Under the pieces are notes generated by a model. It did not search any database, was not told the origin of the DNA, and was given only the letters and a program-made list of their open reading frames with translations. This document shows, piece after piece, positions 6,035 to 15,364 of a DNA stretch of 34,807 nucleotides. The translations under genes were made by a program, and so were the position numbers. Location: positions 1 through 34,807 of IMG/VR virus record IMGVR_UViG_3300003375_000077; one strand, given 5' to 3'. Source of the DNA: a virus (lineage: Duplodnaviria > Caudoviricetes). Within the stretch, counting starts at the first letter, position 1, and each line of letters opens with the position of its first letter.

Positions 6035-7521
6035 TGAGCAATGCGCTAAAGCTTGTAGCTAAGCGTAAAAAATTAGAAGCTAAAGCTAAAGACATTAAGA
6101 AAGTTTATCAGCCTTTCGAATTGACTCAGTTTCTTTTCGATAAGCAGATCTCTTTTGTCTTTGACGCCGCTCGCTATGCCGTCGCGTGTTGTTCGGTTCG
6201 TGCTGGTAAAACAATCGCATGTTCGGCCGATCTCATCAATACAGCTCTTACGATGCCTGGGACTCAAGGGCTCTACATTACTCTCGCTAGAACAAGCGCG
6301 AAGACCATTTGCTGGCCAGAGCTGAAAAGAATCATTAGGGACTTTGGGTTGGTCTGTGATCTCAATGAGTCGGATCTTACCGTTCACTTCCCTAATGATT
6401 CGTGGATCCGCCTCTATGGAGGTAACGACGAAGCAGAGATTGAAAAGATACGAGGTCTTTCTAACGTTGCTCTCGTCTATCTCGATGAGGCCCAAGCCTT
6501 TCGTCAGCACATTAAAAACCTAGTTGAAGACATCATTGCTAAGCGTTTGTACGATACGAACGGACGCTGTCGAATGATCGGGACTCCTGGACCCATTGAA
6601 GCTGGATACTTCTTCGAAGCAACCAAGTCTAATGCTTGGTCTAAGCATCACTGGACCATGTTCGACAATCCATGGCTCTTAAAGAAGTCTGGGAAAACTC
6701 CTCAAGAGCTTACAGACGCGGACTGTCAGCGTAAGGGAGTTACTGTTGATGACCCAGCCATTCAACGCGAGAACTTCGGGAGATGGAAACAAGATCCTGA
6801 AGCTCTACTTTTAAACTACAACAAAGAACGAAATCACTTCGAGTCACTTCCGAAGGGAGTTTATAGCTATCTGCTCGGGATAGACTTAGGTCAAAGGGAC
6901 TTCAACTTCCTATCGGTCTTAGGATTCTCTGACACAAGCCCAACTACTTTCTTGATCGAAGAAAGATTTAAATCAAATCAAACGACCGATGAACTTGCCG
7001 CGTCAATTAAAGAGCTAATGAAAGAGTTTCAATTCTCAAAGATGGTATGCGACGCCGGCGGGCTCGGCCTTGCTATCGTAAACGATCTTAAGACTAGACA
7101 TGGATTACCTATCGAAGCAGCTCTTAAAACCGAAAAGATGGCGTCCTATGCGATTATGAACAGCGCTTTAAAGAATGGGACCTTTAAAGCTAAGTCCAGC
7201 TCCATGTACGCAAACGATTGTAACATCCTTGAACGAGACGATAAGAAGTCCACCCCGGAAAAGATTGTCGTAAAAGGACACTCTGATGCCGTTGACGCAG
7301 CTCTATACGCTTTCAAGTTGAGCCCAGCTTATTACTATACCGCTCCACCTGTGAAACACCCTGTTGGAACTCCAGAGCACGCAACTCAATTCGAGAAAGA
7401 CATTATGGCAGCTAACCTGGAGCGTCTTGAGAAAGAACGAAAGAACAAAGAAGGGACAGAACGAACTTGGGAAATGAACCACGATGGCTCAATGCCTTGG
7501 AATTCTTGGGGAATTGATTGA
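6034..7521 (+). CDS. terL: Terminase large subunit
   Basis: Q motif DKQ, Walker A CSVRAGKT, Walker B VYLDEAQ, motif III GTP, nuclease GIDLG and HSDAVDA. Likely start ATG 6034. Confidence 0.95.
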   Translation: MSNALKLVAKRKKLEAKAKDIKKVYQPFELTQFLFDKQISFVFDAARYAVACCSVRAGKTIACSADLINTALTMPGTQGLYITLARTSAKTICWPELKRIIRDFGLVCDLNESDLTVHFPNDSWIRLYGGNDEAEIEKIRGLSNVALVYLDEAQAFRQHIKNLVEDIIAKRLYDTNGRCRMIGTPGPIEAGYFFEATKSNAWSKHHWTMFDNPWLLKKSGKTPQELTDADCQRKGVTVDDPAIQRENFGRWKQDPEALLLNYNKERNHFESLPKGVYSYLLGIDLGQRDFNFLSVLGFSDTSPTTFLIEERFKSNQTTDELAASIKELMKEFQFSKMVCDAGGLGLAIVNDLKTRHGLPIEAALKTEKMASYAIMNSALKNGTFKAKSSSMYANDCNILERDDKKSTPEKIVVKGHSDAVDAALYAFKLSPAYYYTAPPVKHPVGTPEHATQFEKDIMAANLERLEKERKNKEGTERTWEMNHDGSMPWNSWGID

Positions 7522-7577
7522 AAATATATTTGCCTACAGAAAAAACGTTTATTCGTGAGGCAAGAATCTATCAAAAA

Positions 7578-7598
7578 CGGCCAAGCTATCATCTATGA
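7578..7598 (+). promoter_or_regulatory. Putative late promoter motif copy 1 (CGGCCA-AGCTA-TCAT-CTATGA)
   Basis: Matches the motif at 13002, 20044 and 26285; ends on the A of an ATG that lacks a Shine-Dalgarno. Confidence 0.6.
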
Positions 7599-7837
7599 TG
7601 CTACCATTTTTAAAAAAACGTAAATTACCTAAAGTTGCCACAGAACCTATTGAAGAAAAGCTAGTTAATGGGTCAGCCGACGACCTCATGGAAGAACAGC
7701 TAACAAAAGAGTTCTTAGAATCTTTAGAATCAAAAGACATCAAGACATTTCGAAATGCTCTCGAGAGTTTAATCATTCAAATGTTCGATTACGACCAAGA
7801 CGAAGGGGAAGACGATGCCACTCATTCCAGGACCTAG
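7598..7837 (+). CDS. Small protein (MLPFLKK…), basic N-terminus and acidic C-terminus
   Basis: ORF track 7595..7837; no SD upstream, possibly leaderless. Confidence 0.75.
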   Translation: MLPFLKKRKLPKVATEPIEEKLVNGSADDLMEEQLTKEFLESLESKDIKTFRNALESLIIQMFDYDQDEGEDDATHSRT

Positions 7838-8114
7838 TAAAAAAGCTTTCAGCCATAACGTGAGAGCTGAAATGAACGCAGGTAAACCGCAAAAGCAGGC
7901 CGTTGCCATTGCTTACAGTGAAAAGGAAAGACATATGGCTGAAGGCGGAGACGTTGAAGAACATGACGATGATCATGAAGTTATCATGGACCATGTAGCC
8001 AGCGAGATGATGAGCGCAATCGAGAAGAAAGACAAAGAACAGTTACTAGAATGTTTTCACGTTCTCGTTGCTGATTTACTTAATAAAATGTCCAGCGAAG
8101 GACAGGGGGAATAA
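7815..8114 (+). CDS. Small phage protein with G-K-P-Q-K-Q-A-V-A-I-A motif and MAEGG site
   Basis: MPLIPGPSKKAFSHNVRAEMNAGKPQKQAVAIAYS is a recurrent phage module, followed by HMAEGGDV and an acidic helical part. Confidence 0.8.
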   Translation: MPLIPGPSKKAFSHNVRAEMNAGKPQKQAVAIAYSEKERHMAEGGDVEEHDDDHEVIMDHVASEMMSAIEKKDKEQLLECFHVLVADLLNKMSSEGQGE

Positions 8115-8116
8115 AT

Positions 8117-8413
8117 ATGTTAATGGATGCACACAAGATTTCAGAAATCATTAGAGCGAAGAAAAAGAAAATGTTGGGCGCTGAGCCTGAGCTTGTAGAT
8201 ACAGACGCTCACCCTGATATGAATCCAAACGAACTTGCAGATATCAAGATGGATGCAGAGATTCAATCCAGCCTTGGAGTTCCTGAAAAGATTGATGCTC
8301 GCGAGAAGTCTTTAGAAGTCGGAGACGAGATGGGTCTTTCTCCTGAAGAAAAGACTCGTATGGAAAGACTTCGTAAATACATCGACGGCCTGGATTACGA
8401 CGACGAGGAATGA
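8117..8413 (+). CDS. Small acidic hypothetical protein
   Basis: AGGGGG RBS; 98 aa. Confidence 0.75.
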   Translation: MLMDAHKISEIIRAKKKKMLGAEPELVDTDAHPDMNPNELADIKMDAEIQSSLGVPEKIDAREKSLEVGDEMGLSPEEKTRMERLRKYIDGLDYDDEE

Positions 8414-8417
8414 TCTC

Positions 8418-8693
8418 GTGGATACTAAGGAACTTAAAAAAATAGTTAAACAAATGAAGCTACTCGGAGTCACGCATTTAAAAACCGCTGACTTCGAATT
8501 GTCTTTGGCTCCTGAAGCAGTCGCTAAGGTTGTTCCAATTATTAAAAAAGATCCTGAGCCTGAACTATCGGAAGAAGAAAAGAAAGAAATTGAACACAAG
8601 CTAGAACAGCTTAAATCTCTAATGCTTGGATCGGATGAGGATCTATTAGATAGATTATTCCCGGTTCCTATTGAAGAGAAAGAAAGCGCCTAA
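8418..8693 (+). CDS. Small hypothetical protein before portal
   Basis: GAGGA RBS, GTG start, TAATG overlap with portal. Confidence 0.75.
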   Translation: MDTKELKKIVKQMKLLGVTHLKTADFELSLAPEAVAKVVPIIKKDPEPELSEEEKKEIEHKLEQLKSLMLGSDEDLLDRLFPVPIEEKESA

Positions 8694-10642
8694 TGGCATA
8701 CGAAATAGTTCCGTTAGACATAAGCAAAACGAAACCTGAAAAGGTTATTGAAACTAACTCTTCTAAAAAGAAAGTAGAGCAAACGGCTTATACTTGGTGG
8801 CTCGCAGAAGACGATAATACTTTGGTCTCTCAAGTTCTTTCTACTACTGAGTTTCTAAAGCGAACTAATTCAAATCGTATTCGTCAGGCGTCAATATTCA
8901 GTCGCCTTTTCTCTGGCAAGCCTCTTTATAATTTCGCGAGTTCTAATTCTTCTCTTGATACTTCAAATCAACTCCCAATAGGCAGGCCCACTGCAAACGT
9001 TGTCTATTCGTGCACTGATACATTGGTCTCGATGATCTCCCAAGATAGGCCAAAGCCTATTTTCCTTACTAATAACGGCAATTACAAAGAAAGAAAGCTC
9101 GCGAAGGAAGCAAATTATTTCCTTCAAGGGGAATTATTCAGAACAAAAGCATATGATTTAGCAGCTTTGTGCTTACGTGATGCATGCGTTATTGCAGATG
9201 GATTCATCAAAGTATTCGCTAAAGACAATAAAGTAACTCTTGAACGAGTTCTTGAAACTGAACTCTTAACGGATTTCAATGATGCTTATTATTCTAATCC
9301 TAGGCAGCTTATTCAAATCAAATTAGTCGATAGAGCTGTAGTAGCTTCAATGTTTCCAAAGAAATCTGGAATTATTGCAGGGGCTCTCCAAGGGAATGTT
9401 GATTCAACTCCAAGATCCACTGAAACTATTTCAGATCAATTCATTATCTCCGAAGCATGGCATTTACCTTCTAGCGAGGGCGCTAAAGATGGGCGTCATG
9501 TTATCGTTTGCAGTGAAGGTGTTATCTTAGATGAGAAATGGGAAAAGCCTAACTTCCCTTTTGTTAAGTTTGGATACAATCCAAATATGGTAGGATTCTT
9601 CTCCCAGGGATTAGCAGAAATTTTGATGCCAACTCAGATGGAGATTTATCGATGCCTGATTGTCGCTTCTCAAGCGATCGAACTTATGGGAGTTCCACGT
9701 ATCTACATTGATGAGCTTTCAAAGATTGTAGAAACCTCTTTCAATAATCGTATCGGAACTATAATCAAAGGGCGAGGCAATCCCCCACAGTTCATAAATG
9801 CAGAGTCCAATACTCCTGAGTTCTACCAATGGATTCAATGGCTGATTAATAATGCGTATGAGATGAGCGGAATCAGTTCCATGGCTGCTCAAGCAAAAAA
9901 AAGCCCTGGACTTAATTCCGGTGAAGCTATTCGAGAAGCTAATGATCTACAATCCGCTCGTTTTGCAGCTTTAGAAAAGCGATACGAAAATATCTTCATC
10001 GATCTTTCGTACATGATGATCGACTGTGCTCGCGAGATTGCAGAAGAGACAGGTTCTTACACAACTGTGTTTCCTGGAAAAGATGGAACTCGTGAAATTG
10101 ATTTCAAGTATATAGGAAAGTTAAAAGATAACTTCGTAATCCAATGCATGGAAGAAAGCGGGTTATCTAACGATCCGTCATCTCGTCAGGCTCAATTATC
10201 TGAAAAGTTAGCAGCGGGTGAAATTACACTTCAAGAATTCAGAAGGCTTTCAAACTTCCCGGATCTAGAACAGAGCGACCAACTCGCGTCCGCTCTTGAG
10301 GAAAGAATTCTACACGCATTAGATCAAATCGTTGAACAAGGAGATAAAGACTATGCATCTATTGCTCCTGATAGTTTTATTCTTGACCCTAGTGACCTGG
10401 CCACTACGCTTTGTGTGAACTACATTAACCTTTATAGCACCTTGGAACTTGAAGAAGAAAAGATGCAAGTATTGCGCGACTGGTTTACTCAAGTGCAGAA
10501 TTTAAAACAGCAAGCAATGCCTCCTCCTGTCGCTCCTGCTCCACAACCTGAAGGACAAATGCCACAAGAAAATGCTCAAGGGCAATTACAAGTTCAACCA
10601 CCGAATCCAAGTGTAGGCCCGACCTCTAATGCACAAGTTTAG
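8693..10642 (+). CDS. Portal protein
   Basis: 649 aa between terminase and scaffold; NVVYSCTDTLVS, FPFVKF…GFFSQGLAEILMPTQ, SGEAIR, and P/Q-rich tail typical of podoviral portals. Confidence 0.85.
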   Translation: MAYEIVPLDISKTKPEKVIETNSSKKKVEQTAYTWWLAEDDNTLVSQVLSTTEFLKRTNSNRIRQASIFSRLFSGKPLYNFASSNSSLDTSNQLPIGRPTANVVYSCTDTLVSMISQDRPKPIFLTNNGNYKERKLAKEANYFLQGELFRTKAYDLAALCLRDACVIADGFIKVFAKDNKVTLERVLETELLTDFNDAYYSNPRQLIQIKLVDRAVVASMFPKKSGIIAGALQGNVDSTPRSTETISDQFIISEAWHLPSSEGAKDGRHVIVCSEGVILDEKWEKPNFPFVKFGYNPNMVGFFSQGLAEILMPTQMEIYRCLIVASQAIELMGVPRIYIDELSKIVETSFNNRIGTIIKGRGNPPQFINAESNTPEFYQWIQWLINNAYEMSGISSMAAQAKKSPGLNSGEAIREANDLQSARFAALEKRYENIFIDLSYMMIDCAREIAEETGSYTTVFPGKDGTREIDFKYIGKLKDNFVIQCMEESGLSNDPSSRQAQLSEKLAAGEITLQEFRRLSNFPDLEQSDQLASALEERILHALDQIVEQGDKDYASIAPDSFILDPSDLATTLCVNYINLYSTLELEEEKMQVLRDWFTQVQNLKQQAMPPPVAPAPQPEGQMPQENAQGQLQVQPPNPSVGPTSNAQV

Positions 10643-10691
10643 AAGAACGTACTTTAACTAGAAGAATCTAATAACAAAGAAGGAAACCACC

Positions 10692-11609
10692 ATGTCATAT
10701 GAAGTCGAATCATTAGGGTCTAATATTGCCGGACCATCTCTACCCAAAGAAATAATGCGTGAAGAAAGAATTATAGATCATAGGTCATTAGATAGACGGC
10801 CTATGACTTCTACACCTAAGACCGGCCAAGTAAACAATAATGTAGACAGTGCTAGCTCCGCAGTACCCGGAAGCGCTCCCGTAGAATCCGTGACACTATC
10901 TCCTGCCGCCGCTGCACTTGCGCGTAAAGAAGCCAAGTTTAGAAGTCAGCAGCAAGAACTCAAGAACAAAGAAGCCCAATTAGAAGCAGAACGAAAAGAA
11001 ATTGCAGAATTAAAAGCAATTAAAGCAAAGCTTGCATCTAAAGACTTCTCTGGGATTGAAGGTCTTGTCGACTACAACGAATACACTAATTACCTCATTG
11101 AGAAGGGTTCTCAATCTACTCCTGAGCAAGAGGAGCTTAAAAAGCTATCTCAAAAGCTGGAAAGTATCGAGAAAGCCCAACAAGATGATGTATCAAAGCG
11201 TTTCGAAGCAGCGGTAAACGAAAGAAGAAATGCTGTTAAGCAATTGGTTAGTTCAGATGCTGCTTATTCCACAATTAAAAAAACAGGTAACGAAGAAGCT
11301 GTGGTCACACATATTCTTGAAACCTGGGAAAAAGACAACATCGATCTAACAGTAGAACAAGCGTCTAAAGAAGTTGAAGCCCTTCTTAAAGAGAAGGCCA
11401 CTAAATGGGCAAAGTTAATCGAAGCAAACGTTGAACAAAGCCAAGAGAAGAAAGAACTTCCTCCTCTAAAGTCTAGTGTGAAAACATTAACAAACAATAT
11501 GGCTCCAACGGGCGAAATTAAACGCCCTGTGAAGTCATTCGAGGGAATGTCTGATGCTGAAAGATACAAAGAAGCTTACAGGCGAGCCCAAGAAAAACTG
11601 AAAGGCTAA
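10692..11609 (+). CDS. Capsid scaffolding protein
   Basis: Disordered N-terminus, long E/K/Q coiled coil, C-terminal TLTNN…short helix; directly before the capsid gene. Confidence 0.8.
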   Translation: MSYEVESLGSNIAGPSLPKEIMREERIIDHRSLDRRPMTSTPKTGQVNNNVDSASSAVPGSAPVESVTLSPAAAALARKEAKFRSQQQELKNKEAQLEAERKEIAELKAIKAKLASKDFSGIEGLVDYNEYTNYLIEKGSQSTPEQEELKKLSQKLESIEKAQQDDVSKRFEAAVNERRNAVKQLVSSDAAYSTIKKTGNEEAVVTHILETWEKDNIDLTVEQASKEVEALLKEKATKWAKLIEANVEQSQEKKELPPLKSSVKTLTNNMAPTGEIKRPVKSFEGMSDAERYKEAYRRAQEKLKG

Positions 11610-11616
11610 ATAAACT

Positions 11617-12942
11617 ATGAGTAATTCAACGTCGAATGCAGTTTCGAACGTCGCCACGCTGAAGGAGTTATACTCCGACGACGCGTGGGTGATGAAATCG
11701 TATATTCTAAATCGTAATCCTGCGCTTGCTCTTATCGATAAAGATGAGAGTGAATCAGGATTAGGCGGCAAATATTTTCCAATTCCAGCACTTGTAAACC
11801 CAGGTGGTGGACGTTCCGCAGCTCTTGGGGTTGCTCAAACTAATTCGAGCGCTCCTCAAACTGTAGAATTTCAAGTTACACGAGTTCAGAACTATTCGAA
11901 CTTCGTGTTAACTGGAGATTTCTTACGTGCTTCCGCTGAGTCGGTTGGTGCATTTATGCCAGCGGCTGAGTTGAACGTTAAGTCTGCATTTCAAGCACTG
12001 GGGAACGATTATGCGCTTATGCTCTTCGGAGACGGGTCGGGTAAACGTGGGACTTATGGTCTCGGCGCTGGTTCTATCTCTAGCGGGGTTATCACTCTTG
12101 ATAGCGCTCAATCTGCTCTTAACTTCACTCCGGGAATGGCTCTTGTAAGCTACAGCGTATCGGGTTTAACTCCTACGCAATCTACAGGTGCAGCTATCGG
12201 ATATGTGGTTGCAGTTGATACCGGGTTAGGAACTGTTACAGTTTCTTCCACTTTTAGTGGAGCTGCTGGAACTCCTTCTAACTGGTCTACGAGCTTCCCT
12301 TATCTTGCTCAAGTTGGTGATGTGAATTTCATATCTAACGGATTGTCTTCGGCTAACATGCTTAAGATGGCAGGGTTTGGTGCTTGGATCCCAAGTACAG
12401 CTCCTTTGTCTTCGGATTTATTCTTTAACGTAAATCGAAGCGTGGCACCTACTCAACTTGCAGGTCTTCGTTTTTCGGGATCTAGCGAGTCGATTCAAGA
12501 TGCATTAATTGATGCAGTCAATACGTTAGCTTCTCAAGGAACTGAAGCTGGAGACCCAGACTTTATTTTCTTGAATCCAGTTTCGTACCAAGCATTGCTG
12601 AAACAACTTACTAGCCAAGGCGTTTATCAAATGATTAAAGCCAAGGTTAACGAAGATGTTTCGATCTCGTTTAAGGCATTGGTTCTGCCAACTGCTAACG
12701 GTGAGATTGCAATCCTTCAGGATCGCAACTGCCCTCCACAGACTGCCTACATCATCACCCTTAAAACATGGAAACTCCGTTTCAATGGTAAAATGGCGAT
12801 GTTTATCACCTATCCAGGACTCTTTGACCAAATCGGTCTCCCAGTTGCTGGACAAGACGCAGTGCAAACTGCTGTTGGTGGTTATGGTAACTTGACTTGT
12901 AACGCTCCTATCGCAAATGCTGTCGTTAGTTTAAGCCAATAA
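11617..12942 (+). CDS. Major capsid protein (HK97 fold, with beta-rich insertion)
   Basis: 441 aa after scaffold; TLKELY N-arm, PDFIFLNPVSYQAL, ILQDRNCPPQTAY, GYGNLTCNAP; biased codon use; followed by a terminator. Confidence 0.88.
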   Translation: MSNSTSNAVSNVATLKELYSDDAWVMKSYILNRNPALALIDKDESESGLGGKYFPIPALVNPGGGRSAALGVAQTNSSAPQTVEFQVTRVQNYSNFVLTGDFLRASAESVGAFMPAAELNVKSAFQALGNDYALMLFGDGSGKRGTYGLGAGSISSGVITLDSAQSALNFTPGMALVSYSVSGLTPTQSTGAAIGYVVAVDTGLGTVTVSSTFSGAAGTPSNWSTSFPYLAQVGDVNFISNGLSSANMLKMAGFGAWIPSTAPLSSDLFFNVNRSVAPTQLAGLRFSGSSESIQDALIDAVNTLASQGTEAGDPDFIFLNPVSYQALLKQLTSQGVYQMIKAKVNEDVSISFKALVLPTANGEIAILQDRNCPPQTAYIITLKTWKLRFNGKMAMFITYPGLFDQIGLPVAGQDAVQTAVGGYGNLTCNAPIANAVVSLSQ

Positions 12943-12960
12943 TTATTTTAAAATAAGAAT

Positions 12961-12991
12961 AAGGGATCAGGTCAATGACTTGGTCCCTTTT
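12961..12991 (+). terminator. Intrinsic terminator after capsid gene
   Basis: AAGGGATCAGGTC-aat-GACTTGGTCCCTT stem (with G-U pairs) running into a T tract. Confidence 0.8.
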
Positions 12992-13001
12992 CTATTTCGA
13001 A

Positions 13002-13022
13002 TGGCCAACAGATCATTAGTAA
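13002..13022 (+). promoter_or_regulatory. Putative late promoter motif copy 2 (TGGCCA-ACAGA-TCAT-TAGTAA)
   Basis: Intergenic, 10 nt after the capsid terminator. Confidence 0.7.
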
Positions 13023-13106
13023 GTGGACCCGATTCTACTTACATCCTCGACTAGATGCCCCGGCACTCAGGATGGATAATCACGGGGTAATAAAGGGTTC
13101 AACTCT
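13022..13106 (+). ncRNA. Putative structured 5' leader (pseudoknot-capable cis-regulatory RNA)
   Basis: Stems AGTGGA/TCTACT and CATCCT/AGGATG; loop TGCCCCG pairs with downstream CGGGGTA; GGACCC can pair with GGGTTC at the RBS. Confidence 0.4.
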
Positions 13107-14222
13107 ATGTCGAACGTCGCATCAAATAAACTCGGTAACAATGGTGGCCGATCTTATTCGTTTTTAAATAGGCCTGTAACAATTGATTGTAACTTTGTAG
13201 TGGATTCTGCAAATGGTAACGGTCTAGGTATTCGAAACCTTAAGGGCTCAGGTGTTCAAGCCGCATACATGTACACTTCTGCTACTCCTGCAGCTGGTAA
13301 CCCAATGGGTCAAACTGCTTCTCAAGGTTATGCCTTGATTCAACTTTCAAACAACTATAATAGATATTGTGGAGGATTCTCAGGTGCTGTATCTCCAGTT
13401 ACTGGAGGCGCTCTTAATATTGATGCTTCTGATGCTGCTCTTACTGTTGGCACTCCTTATATTATTTCTTCTGTTGGGTCTGCCGCTCTTGGACAAGCTA
13501 GTATCGTTGCCGTCGCTGACGTTTCCGGATCCTTAGCATCTACTTATTTCTTACTTTTTGATTCGTATGGAAACACTTTCGTTTGCTGGTTCTACGTAAC
13601 CGGTGTGGGTGGTTCTGCTCCTAGTGGAGTTGCTGGAATTCCAATTCAAATCACGATTGCTCAAAACTCAGCTAATACAGTAGTTGCAGCTGCAATGACT
13701 TCGGTTATTGGATTGATTCAACCTCCTGCAGTTTCTGGAGTTTACAGCTTCACAACTTCAACGAGCGGGCATACTTGTCTTGCTACAAACACAAATTCAC
13801 TTGCTCCACAACTTCCGGGGGCTCCACAAGACGGCACTGTTCCAACTGGATTTACTTTTTCGTTATCTGTGAATGACAACAACCTTCAAGACTGGCAAGG
13901 GGTTGGACTTCCTAAAGGTGTTGTCCCAAAAGTAGGTGCTGGATTTATCGCAACTGCGACAGGATACGGAAAATCTACTGGACAAGTATATGCGGCAGGA
14001 GTTTCGGGGATCATTCAGATGGAAGTAGTCGGAGATCCAAATGCTACATTTGCTCCAGTCCCAATGGGTGGAAGTCCTAATGTTGGTGGATGGATTTTGA
14101 TTAAGTTTTTAGGACTTCCTGCTAGCGGACAAACTCCAGCGGTTGTTAAGCCCACTGACGGTAGTGTTATCGGTCTTAGTTTCATGGTGGAAGCTGGTTC
14201 GGTTGTTATCTCTGGTGAATAA
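13107..14222 (+). CDS. Virion structural protein, possible capsid decoration protein
   Basis: 371 aa, G/S/A/T beta-rich, directly after the capsid gene, bracketed by its own promoter-like motif and terminator. Confidence 0.7.
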   Translation: MSNVASNKLGNNGGRSYSFLNRPVTIDCNFVVDSANGNGLGIRNLKGSGVQAAYMYTSATPAAGNPMGQTASQGYALIQLSNNYNRYCGGFSGAVSPVTGGALNIDASDAALTVGTPYIISSVGSAALGQASIVAVADVSGSLASTYFLLFDSYGNTFVCWFYVTGVGGSAPSGVAGIPIQITIAQNSANTVVAAAMTSVIGLIQPPAVSGVYSFTTSTSGHTCLATNTNSLAPQLPGAPQDGTVPTGFTFSLSVNDNNLQDWQGVGLPKGVVPKVGAGFIATATGYGKSTGQVYAAGVSGIIQMEVVGDPNATFAPVPMGGSPNVGGWILIKFLGLPASGQTPAVVKPTDGSVIGLSFMVEAGSVVISGE

Positions 14223-14255
14223 ATAAACCTGGGCTACAACTAAGTTGGTAGTTAT

Positions 14256-14289
14256 GGCCCTAGAGTGTAAAAAAACTTTAGGGCCTTTT
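14256..14289 (+). terminator. Intrinsic terminator / attenuating hairpin
   Basis: GGCCCTAGAG-tgtaaaaaaa-CTTTAGGGCC followed by TTTTACTTT; a second small hairpin at 14232-14253. Confidence 0.7.
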
Positions 14290-14302
14290 ACTTTGGAGAT
14301 TT

Positions 14303-15364
14303 ATGTCAATACCGTTCATGCCTCAAACTCCAGTACTTCAAACCGGAAACGGTCAAAACTTTCTAACGTGGCCGATTGTTATTGGTGCGACTTCTTATTC
14401 TGTTCAAAGATCTGTCGATGGGATTACTTGGTCCACAATAGGAAGCCCAACGAGTCCAAATTATTTGGATACCTCGGCCGTTATTGGTACTTCTTATTAT
14501 TATCAAGTCGCTTCCGTTAATTCTTCGGGCACTTCTCCATATACTGCAAGTTATCCGATTAATATTACTCCTTGTCTGCCTGGACAGATCAATCTAGGAT
14601 ATATTCGTTATCTTTCTCAGCTAAGATCCGACAAACTTAATTCTGAGTATCTAACTACCGATGAGTGGAATTCTAATATCAACCAAAGCATTTATGATCT
14701 TTATGATCTTTTGGTATCGAAGTTTGGAGACAATTACTTTTTTGCTCCTCCGTTATTGATCAATCTTTCGGGTCAAATTTCTTACAGCCTGCCAGATGGA
14801 TCTAACTACAGTAATGCTCCTGCGTGTTATAAATTGAACGGTGTAGATTTAAACACTTCTGGGAATAGTTCTGTTATTGGAAATAATTCTGGATGGGTTC
14901 CACTCCCTAGAACTAACTGGAGCGACCGAGATAAGTACACAATCTTTCCAGGGCAAGCCGCTAACCTATTTTACGGTTACCAAATGTCCTATGCTCTCAT
15001 GGGGAACCAATTATACATTTTCCCTCCTAATACGAATTCTACTCTTAGAGTTTGGTACGTTCCTGTGATGACTCAATTACTTAAAGACACTGACATGCTT
15101 TCATTTTCTTTATCTGGATGGGTTGAATACGTAATTAATGACGTTGCTATGAAGGCCATGATTAAAGAAGAATCTCTTGAAAAGTGGAATGCATTAAACT
15201 CTCAGAAACAATTCCAAATCGACAGAATCGAATCACAAGCCGCCAATAGAGACGTTGGACAACCCAATAGCGTGAGCAATGTTAGATCAACTATGGGAGA
15301 TCCTGGATTCGGATCGTTCGGACAAGGTGGCGGAGCTTGGGGTGGCGGGATGGGTGGATTCTAA
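14303..15364 (+). CDS. Head-to-tail adaptor (tail tubular A-like) with N-terminal FN3-like domain
   Basis: LTWPIVIGATSYSVQRS…YLDTS…GTSYYYQVASVNSSG is FN3-like. LRSD…EWNSNINQSIYDLYDLL…LYIFP…LRVWYVP…WVEYVI is an adaptor pattern. Confidence 0.75.
   Translation: MSIPFMPQTPVLQTGNGQNFLTWPIVIGATSYSVQRSVDGITWSTIGSPTSPNYLDTSAVIGTSYYYQVASVNSSGTSPYTASYPINITPCLPGQINLGYIRYLSQLRSDKLNSEYLTTDEWNSNINQSIYDLYDLLVSKFGDNYFFAPPLLINLSGQISYSLPDGSNYSNAPACYKLNGVDLNTSGNSSVIGNNSGWVPLPRTNWSDRDKYTIFPGQAANLFYGYQMSYALMGNQLYIFPPNTNSTLRVWYVPVMTQLLKDTDMLSFSLSGWVEYVINDVAMKAMIKEESLEKWNALNSQKQFQIDRIESQAANRDVGQPNSVSNVRSTMGDPGFGSFGQGGGAWGGGMGGF

Noticed and set aside
6073-6510. Long antisense ORFs within terL and other structural genes (e.g. 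12526..12867, 23850..24173)
   Set aside because: Fully nested opposite well-supported genes, with no recognisable motifs.
10823-10843. Fifth late-promoter copy inside the scaffold gene (CGGCCA-AGTAA-ACAA-TAATGT)
   Set aside because: TCAT box has two mismatches, the final A is missing and it is intragenic; only a weak candidate.
13002-13022. Canonical sigma54 promoter
   Set aside because: The conserved -12 TTGC is replaced by TCAT in all copies, so only the geometry is shared.
13022-13106. Known ribozyme or tRNA
   Set aside because: No hammerhead, twister, pistol or HDV core that I can recognise and no cloverleaf or T-loop.
11617-13106. Capsid frameshift or read-through into the next gene
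   Set aside because: TAA stop is followed by a terminator and a separate promoter-like motif; no slippery site seen.
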